Source: a virus
UHGV virus genome: UHGV-0362719
DNA: 34,823 bases
Reading direction: 5' to 3' (one strand)
Each line of letters starts with the position of its first letter. The stretch's first letter is position 1. This document shows, in pieces, positions 26,562 to 34,823 of the stretch. Under the pieces are notes generated by a model, which saw nothing but the letters and a program-made list of their open reading frames with translations, was not told where the DNA came from and ran no database searches. The position numbers and the translations under genes were made by a program.

Positions 26562-27013
26562 TAGTTATATGGCTCCCGTGCTGCTTCGTAAACGTTCAAT
26601 AATCAAACAATTGACACTGATCATAAAACCAGTTAGAGGATTTGACTCTAGCTTGGATATATGATGATGCCACCCCCTTTATATTGTTGTCGGTAACTCA
26701 CAGACATTGAACTCATGCTGGTGAGTGAAAGGCTACATAAACGCCCAACATTTAAACTGCCCTCAGCAGCGTTTGCGGAGCAATATACAGGCTTCGTATT
26801 CAATCCTTGCCCTACGAGAAACCCTAGCCGTTGCCTCGTTTTCAAGTGTCAGGAAGTTCTTTGTCAGACCTCATACAGTCTTGGGCTGGGTGAGGTGCAT
26901 GGGGGAAGTAGAAGCCTTAACTGTTGAGGTAAATCGAACCATAAGTGTGCAATTTTTCAAGCCCGGCGCTATTTTAGTATTGAAAACAATTAGTACGCCC
27001 CCAAGGACAACTC

Positions 27014-27706
27014 ATGATCGAATTTATCGCAGAGCATATAAACACAGTAAGTACACTTATCTCCGCTTTGGCAGCATTGCTAACAGCAGTTGCTACATTT
27101 TTCTTGTGGAGAGTAACAAGGCTATTAGCAGACGAGACAAAAAGGATGGTTGACGCATCAGTTCAACCTCATGTCGTTGTGACTCTTGAACCAAATTCTT
27201 GGGCTGCTTTTTATTTTGATATCAATATTGCTAATACCGGAAATGCCCCAGCCTATGATATTGAAGTCGAATTTAATCCCCCACTGGTTAATGCAGAACA
27301 TAGAAAAAATAAAGGTATACCATTTAGCAAGGTTAGCGTATTGAAAAACGGTCATTCCCTCAACAGCAGTCTTTGTAAGTATGACCAGATTAAAGATCAA
27401 GTTTATTCTGTTAGTATTAGCTGGTCTAAACAGCCGGGCTCAACTGAAAGAGAGCGGAATGAGTATTCTTATGATATGGCTTCTTTCGAGGGGGTTAGCT
27501 ACTTAGGTGCAAGGAGTCCAATGACACAGATAGCTGAGCAGATGAAAAAGATTAGAGAAGACTGGAGGCCGATTTCCCAGGGAAGCAAAAAAATTAAAAC
27601 AGACAACTATAATTCAAGTGACAGAGCAGAGGAACAACGAGCACGTGAAGAGTGGTATCAGACCACTGTAAAGAAATGGGATAAAGAAAGGCCAAAAGAT
27701 AACTAA
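27014..27706 (+). CDS. Cargo membrane-anchored protein (230 aa) at the Z/fun position, candidate defence or exclusion protein
   Basis: Track ORF; N-terminal TM helix (VSTLISALAALLTAVATFFLW) followed by a soluble domain with a charged Lys/Glu/Arg-rich C-terminus; AT-rich; followed by terminator 27841-27870. Confidence 0.6.
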   Translation: MIEFIAEHINTVSTLISALAALLTAVATFFLWRVTRLLADETKRMVDASVQPHVVVTLEPNSWAAFYFDINIANTGNAPAYDIEVEFNPPLVNAEHRKNKGIPFSKVSVLKNGHSLNSSLCKYDQIKDQVYSVSISWSKQPGSTERERNEYSYDMASFEGVSYLGARSPMTQIAEQMKKIREDWRPISQGSKKIKTDNYNSSDRAEEQRAREEWYQTTVKKWDKERPKDN

Positions 27707-27840
27707 TACAATTGACCTGCTCCCCATAAATTAGCATACCACAATCTCAGGTTCCTCTTCGCTCAAAACAGGCTGTCAGATTTGATAGCGTTTTGGCTAT
27801 GTAAATTGTCAGTCGGAAAATGAGTGTGTACAAATCAGGA

Positions 27841-27870
27841 CAGGCGGGCAGATTGCCCGCCTTTTCTTTA
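27841..27870 (+). terminator. Rho-independent terminator downstream of the 230-aa cargo gene
   Basis: Seen: AGGCGGGCA-GAT-TGCCCGCCT perfect 9-bp stem followed by TTTTCTTT. Confidence 0.6.
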
Positions 27871-27965
27871 TCTGTTGTTTCATCCACTGACCAGCCAGGT
27901 CAAATAGCGTCTCATGTACTACCCAACGGAAAATAGTTGCACCCATTAACCACGGAGTTAAACGG

Positions 27966-29156
27966 ATGAGTGACTATCATCACGGCGTGCAGGTGCTGGA
28001 GATTAACGACGGCACCCGCGTCATTTCCACCGTATCCACGGCCATTGTCGGCATGGTCTGCACGGCCAGCGATGCGGATGCGGAAACCTTCCCCATCAAT
28101 AAACCGGTGCTGATTACCAATGTGCAGAGCGCAATTGCAAAGGCCGGTAAAAAAGGCACGCTGGCGGCATCGTTGCAGGCCATCGCCGACCAGTCAAAAC
28201 CGGTCACCGTTGTCGTGCGCGTGGAAGACGGCACCGGCGATGACGAAGAAACGAAACTCGCGCAGACCGTTTCCAATATCATCGGCACCACCGACGAAAA
28301 CGGTCAGTACACCGGACTGAAAGCCCTGCTGGCGGCGGAGTCGGTAACCGGTGTTAAACCGCGTATTCTCGGTGTGCCGGGACTGGATACCAAAGAGGTG
28401 GCTGTTGCACTGGCATCCGTCTGTCAGAAGCTGCGCGCTTTCGGATATATCAGCGCATGGGGCTGTAAGACTATTTCCGAGGTGAAAGCCTACCGCCAGA
28501 ATTTCAGCCAGCGTGAGCTGATGGTCATCTGGCCGGATTTCCTCGCATGGGATACGGTCAGCAGCACCACCGCCACCGCGTATGCCACCGCCCGTGCGTT
28601 GGGTCTGCGCGCTAAAATCGACCAGGAGCAGGGCTGGCATAAAACGCTGTCCAATGTCGGGGTAAACGGTGTTACCGGCATCAGCGCCTCTGTATTCTGG
28701 GATTTGCAGGAGTCCGGCACCGATGCTGACCTGTTGAACGAGTCAGGTGTCACAACGCTGATTCGCCGTGACGGTTTCCGCTTCTGGGGTAACCGTACCT
28801 GCTCTGATGACCCACTGTTCCTCTTTGAAAACTACACCCGCACCGCGCAGGTGCTGGCCGACACGATGGCTGAGGCGCACATGTGGGCGGTGGATAAGCC
28901 CATCACCGCAACGCTGATTCGCGACATCGTTGACGGCATCAATGCCAAATTCCGTGAGCTGAAAACAAACGGCTATATCGTGGATGCGACCTGCTGGTTC
29001 AGCGAAGAATCCAACGATGCGGAAACCCTCAAGGCCGGAAAACTGTATATCGACTATGACTATACCCCGGTGCCTCCTCTCGAAAACCTGACCCTGCGCC
29101 AGCGTATTACTGATAAATATCTGGCAAATCTGGTCACCTCGGTTAACAGCAATTAA
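27966..29156 (+). CDS. FI: Tail sheath protein FI
   Basis: 396 aa (same as P2 FI); synteny FI-FII-E-T-U-D. Confidence 0.95.
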   Translation: MSDYHHGVQVLEINDGTRVISTVSTAIVGMVCTASDADAETFPINKPVLITNVQSAIAKAGKKGTLAASLQAIADQSKPVTVVVRVEDGTGDDEETKLAQTVSNIIGTTDENGQYTGLKALLAAESVTGVKPRILGVPGLDTKEVAVALASVCQKLRAFGYISAWGCKTISEVKAYRQNFSQRELMVIWPDFLAWDTVSSTTATAYATARALGLRAKIDQEQGWHKTLSNVGVNGVTGISASVFWDLQESGTDADLLNESGVTTLIRRDGFRFWGNRTCSDDPLFLFENYTRTAQVLADTMAEAHMWAVDKPITATLIRDIVDGINAKFRELKTNGYIVDATCWFSEESNDAETLKAGKLYIDYDYTPVPPLENLTLRQRITDKYLANLVTSVNSN

Positions 29157-29168
29157 GGAGCCTGACCG

Positions 29169-29687
29169 ATGGCAATGCCGCGCAAACTCAAGTTAATGAA
29201 CGTCTTTCTGAACGGCTACAGCTATCAGGGCGTTGCAAAGTCCGTCACGCTGCCAAAACTGACCCGTAAGCTCGAAAACTATCGCGGTGCGGGGATGAAC
29301 GGCAGCGCACCGGTAGACCTCGGCCTTGATGACGATGCGCTGTCAATGGAGTGGTCGCTCGGGGGCTTCCCGGATTCGGTTATCTGGGAACTTTACGCCG
29401 CAACCGGTGTGGATGCCGTACCGATTCGTTTTGCAGGCTCTTACCAGCGCGACGATACCGGCGAAACGGTGGCCGTCGAGGTGGTCATGCGTGGACGTCA
29501 GAAAGAAATCGACACCGGCGAGGGGAAACAGGGAGAAGATACCGAGTCGAAAATCTCCGTGGTCTGCACTTATTTCCGGCTGACGATGGACGGTAAGGAG
29601 CTGGTCGAAATTGACACCATCAACATGATTGAGAAGGTGAACGGCGTCGACCGGCTGGAGCAACACCGCCGCAATATCGGCCTGTGA
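29169..29687 (+). CDS. FII: Tail tube protein FII
   Basis: 172 aa (same as P2 FII). Confidence 0.95.
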   Translation: MAMPRKLKLMNVFLNGYSYQGVAKSVTLPKLTRKLENYRGAGMNGSAPVDLGLDDDALSMEWSLGGFPDSVIWELYAATGVDAVPIRFAGSYQRDDTGETVAVEVVMRGRQKEIDTGEGKQGEDTESKISVVCTYFRLTMDGKELVEIDTINMIEKVNGVDRLEQHRRNIGL

Positions 29688-29743
29688 TTTTCATCCGGTC
29701 AGCCAGGCTGACCGGTTAACCCCGATTCAGAAGTGAGAAAACC

Positions 29744-30019
29744 ATGAACAAAGAAAATGTGATTACCCTGGACAATCCGGTCAAGCGTGGTGAGCAGGTT
29801 ATCGAACAGGTCACGCTGATGAAACCCAATGCCGGGACGCTGCGCGGTGTCAGTCTGGCTGCGGTCGCGAACTCCGAAGTCGATGCACTGATTAAGGTGC
29901 TGCCGCGCATGACGGCACCGATGCTGACCGAGCAGGAAGTCGCCGCGCTGGAACTGCCTGACCTTGTGGCGCTGGCCGGTAAGGTGGTCGGTTTTTTGTC
30001 GCCGAACTCGGTGCAGTGA
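29744..30019 (+). CDS. E: Tail assembly chaperone E
   Basis: 91 aa (same as P2 E); directly upstream of the tape measure gene. Confidence 0.85.
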   Translation: MNKENVITLDNPVKRGEQVIEQVTLMKPNAGTLRGVSLAAVANSEVDALIKVLPRMTAPMLTEQEVAALELPDLVALAGKVVGFLSPNSVQ

Positions 30020-30171
30020 CGTTTCCGAAAAACCTCTCGGTCGATGACCTGATGGCGGATGTGGCAGTGATATTTCACTGGCCGCCATCAGAACTGTATC
30101 CCATGAGCCTGACCGAACTCATCACATGGCGCGAAAAGGCGCTCCGGCGAAGCGGAAACACGAATGAGTAA
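29744..30171 (+). CDS. E': Tail assembly chaperone E+E' produced by -1 programmed ribosomal frameshift at the T-TTT-TTG slippery site
   Basis: Seen: slippery heptamer TTTTTTG at 29992-29998 near the 3' end of E; the -1 frame stays open from there to a TAA at 30169-30171 (about 57 codons), overlapping the T start. This is the chaperone frameshift conserved upstream of tape measure genes. Confidence 0.7.
29992..29998 (+). promoter_or_regulatory. -1 frameshift slippery heptamer T TTT TTG
   Basis: Seen in sequence, in the correct phase relative to the E reading frame. Confidence 0.7.
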
Positions 30172-32611
30172 CAATGTAAAATTACAGGTATTGCTCAGGG
30201 CTGTTGACCAGGCATCCCGCCCGTTTAAATCCATCCGTACAGCGAGCAAGTCGCTGTCGGGGGATATCCGGGAAACACAAAAATCACTGCGCGAGCTGAA
30301 CGGTCACGCATCCCGTATTGAGGGGTTCCGCAAGACCAGTGCACAGCTCGCCGTGACTGGTCATGCACTTGAAAAGGCGCGGCAGGAAGCCGAAGCCCTT
30401 GCCACACAGTTTAAAAATACCGAACGACCGACCCGTGCTCAGGCGAAAGTGCTGGAATCCGCAAAGCGTGCGGCGGAGGACTTACAGGCGAAATATAACC
30501 GCCTGACGGATTCCGTTAAACGCCAGCAGCGGGAACTGGCCGCTGTGGGAATTAATACCCGCAATCTTGCACATGATGAGCAGGGACTGAAAAACCGTAT
30601 CAGTGAAACCACCGCACAGCTTAACCGTCAGCGCGACGCGCTGGCGCGTGTCAGTGCGCAACAGGCAAAACTTAACGCAGTCAAACAGCGTTATCAGGCC
30701 GGAAAGGAACTGGCCGGAAATATGGCCTCAGTGGGCGCTGCCGGTGTGGGGATTGCGGCGGCGGGAACGATGGCCGGAGTTAAGTTGCTGATGCCCGGTT
30801 ATGAGTTTGCGCAGAAAAACTCAGAATTGCAGGCTGTGCTCGGTGTGGCAAAAGACTCCGCCGAAATGGCTGCACTACGCAAGCAGGCGCGCCAGCTCGG
30901 CGACAATACCGCCGCCTCGGCGGATGATGCAGCCGGTGCGCAGATTATTATCGCGAAAGCCGGTGGGGATGTTGATGCCATTCAGGCGGCAACGCCGGTC
31001 ACGCTGAATATGGCGCTGGCGAACCGTCGCACGATGGAAGAAAATGCCGCCCTGCTGATGGGGATGAAATCCGCCTTTCAGCTTTCAAACGATAAGGTCG
31101 CTCATATCGGGGATGTTCTCTCCATGACGATGAACAAAACCGCCGCCGATTTTGACGGCATGAGCGATGCGCTGACCTATGCCGCACCTGTGGCAAAAAA
31201 TGCCGGTGTCAGCATTGAAGAAACCGCCGCAATGGTCGGGGTACTGCATGATGCAAAAATTACCGGTTCAATGGCGGGGACGGGAAGCCGTGCCGTGTTA
31301 AGCCGCCTGCAGGCACCGACGGGAAAAGCATGGGATGCACTCAAAGAGCTTGGCGTTAAAACCTCGGACAAAAAGGGAAATATGCGTCCGTTGTTCACCA
31401 TTCTGAAAGAAATGCAGGCCAGTTTTGAGAAAAACCGGCTCGGTACTGCCCAGCAGGCCGAATACATGAAAACCATTTTCGGGGAGGAGGCCAGCTCAGC
31501 CGCCGCTGTGCTGATGACTGCCGCGTCAACCGGAAAGCTGGACAAACTGACCGCTGCGTTTAAAGCCTCAGACGGAAAGACCGCAGAACTGGTAAATATC
31601 ATGCAGGACAACCTCGGCGGTGACTTTAAGGAGTTTCAGTCCGCTTATGAGGCGGTGGGGACTGACCTGTTTGACCAGCAGGAAGGCGCACTGCGTAAGC
31701 TCACTCAGACGGCCACAAAGTATGTGTTAAAACTCGACGGCTGGATCCAGAAAAACAAATCACTGGCGTCAACCATCGGCCTCATTGTCGGTGGCGCGCT
31801 GGCGCTTACTGGCATCATCGGTGCCATTGGTCTTGTAGCCTGGCCGGTTATCACCGGCATCAATGCCATTATCGCGGCAGCAGGCGCAATGGGGGCAATC
31901 TTCACGACGGTTGGTAGTGCTGTTATGACGGCCATCGGGGCGATTAGCTGGCCGGTTGTGGCCGTGGTGGCCGCCATTGTCGCCGGGGCGTTGCTTATCC
32001 GTAAATACTGGGAGCCTGTCAGCGCATTCTTTGGCGGTGTGGTTGAAGGGCTGAAAGCGGCATTTGCGCCGGTGGGGGAACTGTTCACGCCACTTAAGCC
32101 GGTGTTTGACTGGCTGGGCGAAAAGTTACAGGCCGCGTGGCAGTGGTTTAAAAACCTGATTGCCCCGGTCAAAGCCACCCAGGACACCCTGAACCGTTGC
32201 CGTGATACGGGCGTCATGTTCGGGCAGGCACTGGCTGACGCGCTGATGCTGCCGCTTAATGCGTTCAACAAACTGCGCAGCGGTATTGACTGGGTACTGG
32301 AAAAGCTCGGGGTCATCAACAAAGAGTCAGACACACTTGACCAGACCGCCGCCAGAACTCATGCCGCCACGTATGGCACCGGTGGTTATATTCCGGCGAC
32401 CAGCTCTTATGCAGGCTATCAGGCTTATCAGCCAGTCACGGCACCGGCTGGCCGCTCTTATGTGGACCAGAGTAAAAACGAATATCACATCAGCCTGACG
32501 GGTGGTACTGCGCCGGGGACACAGCTTGACCGCCAGTTACAGGATGCGCTCGAAAAATACGAGCGGGATAAACGTGCGCGTGCCCGTGCCAGCATGATGC
32601 ATGACGGTTAA
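30164..32611 (+). CDS. T: Tail tape measure protein T
   Basis: 815 aa (same as P2 T); long coiled-coil N-terminal region plus Gly/Ala-rich hydrophobic stretch. Confidence 0.9.
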   Translation: MSNNVKLQVLLRAVDQASRPFKSIRTASKSLSGDIRETQKSLRELNGHASRIEGFRKTSAQLAVTGHALEKARQEAEALATQFKNTERPTRAQAKVLESAKRAAEDLQAKYNRLTDSVKRQQRELAAVGINTRNLAHDEQGLKNRISETTAQLNRQRDALARVSAQQAKLNAVKQRYQAGKELAGNMASVGAAGVGIAAAGTMAGVKLLMPGYEFAQKNSELQAVLGVAKDSAEMAALRKQARQLGDNTAASADDAAGAQIIIAKAGGDVDAIQAATPVTLNMALANRRTMEENAALLMGMKSAFQLSNDKVAHIGDVLSMTMNKTAADFDGMSDALTYAAPVAKNAGVSIEETAAMVGVLHDAKITGSMAGTGSRAVLSRLQAPTGKAWDALKELGVKTSDKKGNMRPLFTILKEMQASFEKNRLGTAQQAEYMKTIFGEEASSAAAVLMTAASTGKLDKLTAAFKASDGKTAELVNIMQDNLGGDFKEFQSAYEAVGTDLFDQQEGALRKLTQTATKYVLKLDGWIQKNKSLASTIGLIVGGALALTGIIGAIGLVAWPVITGINAIIAAAGAMGAIFTTVGSAVMTAIGAISWPVVAVVAAIVAGALLIRKYWEPVSAFFGGVVEGLKAAFAPVGELFTPLKPVFDWLGEKLQAAWQWFKNLIAPVKATQDTLNRCRDTGVMFGQALADALMLPLNAFNKLRSGIDWVLEKLGVINKESDTLDQTAARTHAATYGTGGYIPATSSYAGYQAYQPVTAPAGRSYVDQSKNEYHISLTGGTAPGTQLDRQLQDALEKYERDKRARARASMMHDG

Positions 32612-32625
32612 GGAGGTGACGAAAA

Positions 32626-33105
32626 ATGATGCTCGCGTTAGGTATGTTTGTTTTTATGCGCCAGACGCTGCCACACCAGACCATGCAGCGTGAATCAGAT
32701 TATCGCTGGCCGTCAAATTCCCGTATCGGTAAACGGGATGCCTTTCAGTTTCTCGGTGTGGGTGAGGAAAACATGACGCTTGCCGGCGTGCTTTATCCCG
32801 AACTGACCGGCGGGAAGCTGACGATGACCACGCTCAGGCTGATGGCAGAGGAAGGCCGGGCGTGGCCGTTGCTGGATGGCACCGGCATGATTTACGGCAT
32901 GTATGTCATCAGCAGGGTGAGTGAAACAGGGAGTATTTTCTTTGCAGACGGCACACCCCGGAAAATTGATTTTACGCTGTCGCTCACCCGCGTGGATGAA
33001 TCACTGGCCGCGCTTTATGGCGATATCGGTAAACAGGCGGAATCGCTCATCGGTAAGGCTGGCAGTGTGGCGACCAGATTCACGGGTATGACGGGGGCGG
33101 GATAA
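32626..33105 (+). CDS. U: Tail protein U
   Basis: 159 aa (same as P2 U). Confidence 0.85.
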   Translation: MMLALGMFVFMRQTLPHQTMQRESDYRWPSNSRIGKRDAFQFLGVGEENMTLAGVLYPELTGGKLTMTTLRLMAEEGRAWPLLDGTGMIYGMYVISRVSETGSIFFADGTPRKIDFTLSLTRVDESLAALYGDIGKQAESLIGKAGSVATRFTGMTGAG

Positions 33106-34268
33106 TGCTGGATGCGCTGACATTTGATGCAGGCAGTACGCTGACGCCGGATTACATGCTGATGCTCGACAGCAGGGATATTACCGGCAATATCAGCGAC
33201 CGTCTGATGAGCATGACCCTGACGGATAACCGGGGCTTTGAGGCTGACCAGCTTGATATTGAACTGAACGATGCCGACGGGCAGGTCGAACTGCCGGTTC
33301 GTGGTGCTGTTCTGACGGTGTATATCGGCTGGAAAGGTTTTGCCCTGGTATGCAAAGGGAAATTTACCGTTGATGAGGTTGAACACCGGGGCGCACCGGA
33401 TGTGGTCACCATCCGCGCCCGGAGTGCAGATTTTCGCGGGACGCTCAATTCCCGCCGTGAAGGCTCATGGCATGACACCACGCTCGGTGCGATTGTTGAG
33501 GCGATAGCCTCCCGTAACAAGCTGGAAGCCAGTGTCGCGCCGTCACTGGCCGGAATTAAAATCCCGCACATCGACCAGTCGCAGGAGTCTGATGCGAAAT
33601 TCCTGGCCCGTCTTGCAGAACGCAACGGCGGTGAGGTGTCGGTAAAAATGGGAAAACTGTTGTTTCTCAAAGCGGGGCAGGGGGTGACGGCCAGCGGTAA
33701 AAAAATCCCGCAGGTCACCATAACCCGCAGCGACGGCGACCGCCATCATTTTGCGATTGCTGACCGTGGAGCCTATACCGGCGTAACGGCAAAGTGGTTA
33801 CACACCAAAGACCCGAAGCCGCAAAAGCAGAAGGTAAAACTGAAACGCAAAAAGAAAGAGAAACACCTGCGCGCACTGGAGCACCCGAAAGCGAAACCAG
33901 TCACGCAGAAGAAAGCGCCAAAAGTACCGGAAGCGCGCGAAGGTGAATACATGGCTGGTGAGGCTGACAATGTTTTTGCCCTGACTACGGTATATGCCAC
34001 AAAAGCGCAGGCCATGCGCGCCGCTCAGGCGAAGTGGGATAAACTGCAACGGGGCGTTGCGGAGTTCTCCATCAGCCTGGCTACCGGTCGGGCAGATATT
34101 TACACGGAAACGCCGGTCAGAGTGTCAGGCTTTAAGCGCGTCATAGACGAGCAGGACTGGACAATCACTAAGGTGACACATTTTCTGAATAATAGCGGTT
34201 TCACGACGTCCTTAGAGCTTGAGGTCAGGCTTTCTGATGTGGAGTACGAAACAGAAGATGATGGGTGA
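33105..34268 (+). CDS. D: Tail protein D (late control gene D)
   Basis: 387 aa (same as P2 D). Confidence 0.9.
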   Translation: MLDALTFDAGSTLTPDYMLMLDSRDITGNISDRLMSMTLTDNRGFEADQLDIELNDADGQVELPVRGAVLTVYIGWKGFALVCKGKFTVDEVEHRGAPDVVTIRARSADFRGTLNSRREGSWHDTTLGAIVEAIASRNKLEASVAPSLAGIKIPHIDQSQESDAKFLARLAERNGGEVSVKMGKLLFLKAGQGVTASGKKIPQVTITRSDGDRHHFAIADRGAYTGVTAKWLHTKDPKPQKQKVKLKRKKKEKHLRALEHPKAKPVTQKKAPKVPEAREGEYMAGEADNVFALTTVYATKAQAMRAAQAKWDKLQRGVAEFSISLATGRADIYTETPVRVSGFKRVIDEQDWTITKVTHFLNNSGFTTSLELEVRLSDVEYETEDDG

Positions 34269-34349
34269 TGTTTTTATTTTATCTGTTTGTTTTATAAGGA
34301 TAAATTAACTAAAATGGCACCATCAACAAAACCGGAAGAGGTGCTCGCG

Positions 34350-34568
34350 ATGTTTCATTGTCCTTTATGCCAGCATGCCGCACATGCGCGTACAAGTCGC
34401 TATATCACTGACACGACAAAAGAGCGTTATCACCAGTGCCAGAACGTGAATTGCAGCGCCACGTTCATCACTTATGAGTCGGTACAGCGATACATCGTGA
34501 AGCCGGGAGAAGTCCACGCCGTAAGGCCGCACCCGTTGCCGTCAGGGCAGCAAATTATGTGGATGTAA
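34350..34568 (+). CDS. ogr: Late-gene transcription activator Ogr (zinc finger)
   Basis: Track ORF 34287-34568; internal start MFHCPLCQH gives 72 aa (same as P2 Ogr); CxxC ... CxxxxC zinc-binding motif (CPLC ... CQNVNC). Confidence 0.85.
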   Translation: MFHCPLCQHAAHARTSRYITDTTKERYHQCQNVNCSATFITYESVQRYIVKPGEVHAVRPHPLPSGQQIMWM

Positions 34569-34580
34569 TTACAAACAGGA

Positions 34581-34606
34581 AGCCCCTCAGTCGAGGGGCT
34601 TTTTTG
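34581..34606 (+). terminator. Rho-independent terminator after ogr
   Basis: Seen: AGCCCCTC-AGTC-GAGGGGCT hairpin followed by TTTTTT. Confidence 0.7.
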
Positions 34607-34669
34607 TCGATGTGGTCAATGTGTGGACGTGACCAGAAATAAATCCTTTTATTTCAGTGTATTACGCGT

Positions 34670-34696
34670 AAAAAATAAGCCCGTGTAAGGGAGATT
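34670..34696. repeat. attR: attR core: 27-bp direct repeat AAAAAATAAGCCCGTGTAAGGGAGATT
   Basis: Exact copy of 975-1001, located about 100 bp downstream of ogr and its terminator. Confidence 0.85.
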
Positions 34697-34823
34697 ACAC
34701 AGGCTAAGGAGGTGGTTCCTGGTACAGCTAGCATTTTATGGGTTATGTTTTTCAGCGAAACGGATGATAACCTTAATAAATGCAGCTGTATGTGATCGGT
34801 TTCTAAGAATTTTCCATCCGGGA

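Larger units (their letters stand above)
975..34696. mobile_element. Complete P2-like prophage (Peduovirus-type myovirus), about 33.7 kb, bounded by 27-bp direct repeats
   Basis: Seen in sequence: identical 27-bp repeat at both ends; integrase just inside the left repeat and ogr just inside the right; full P2 gene order between, with ORF lengths matching P2 proteins (Int 337, C 99, Cox 91, N 357, M 247, FI 396, FII 172, T 815, D 387 aa). Family assignment is from recalled P2 organisation, not a search. Confidence 0.9.

Noticed and set aside
31177-32334. Long minus-strand ORFs (31177-31611, 31705-32334) inside the tape measure gene T
   Set aside because: They are fully contained antisense within a high-confidence, P2-length gene. 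The Ala/Ser/Thr/Pro-rich translations are typical of antisense reading of GC-rich coding DNA.
1-34823. Looked for CRISPR arrays, tRNA/rRNA genes and IS elements
   Set aside because: No short regularly spaced direct repeats, no cloverleaf-like tRNA candidates at the att site (the 27-bp core is not visibly part of a tRNA 3' end within this window), and no transposase-like ORF or terminal inverted repeats were found.

Overview
The window is almost entirely one complete, apparently intact P2-like (Peduovirus-type) prophage of about 33.7 kb, bounded by a perfect 27-bp direct repeat (attL 975-1001, attR 34670-34696), with about 1 kb of host DNA on the left (one lipoprotein-like gene) and about 130 bp on the right. 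Gene order and protein lengths match the P2 layout: int, C, cox, B, orf80-83-like, A | cos | Q, P (leftward) | O, N, M, L | X, Y, K, lysA/B/C | R, S | V, W, J, I, H, G | FI, FII, E/E', T, U, D | ogr. All assignments rest on synteny, ORF lengths and motifs read by eye; no database search was possible. Three low-GC cargo islands interrupt this backbone at the classic variable loci. (1) Between A and Q (the tin/old position) there is a GNAT-like ORF, a convergent 143-aa ORF, a putative cos site, and a two-gene cassette: a 433-aa ABC-type ATPase (Walker A, signature-like SSGQQ, Walker B/D-loop, H-loop) plus a 145-aa partner with a possible D...ExK nuclease-like motif. This cassette is the strongest candidate for an undescribed anti-phage or abortive-infection system. 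(2) Between S and V there is a 261-aa multi-pass membrane protein on the opposite strand. (3) Between G and FI (the Z/fun position) there are two small leftward ORFs and a 230-aa protein with an N-terminal membrane anchor. Other points: tail fibre H carries about 3.6 tandem copies of a 132-bp repeat, and a 15-bp phage right-arm sequence recurs on the host side of attL.
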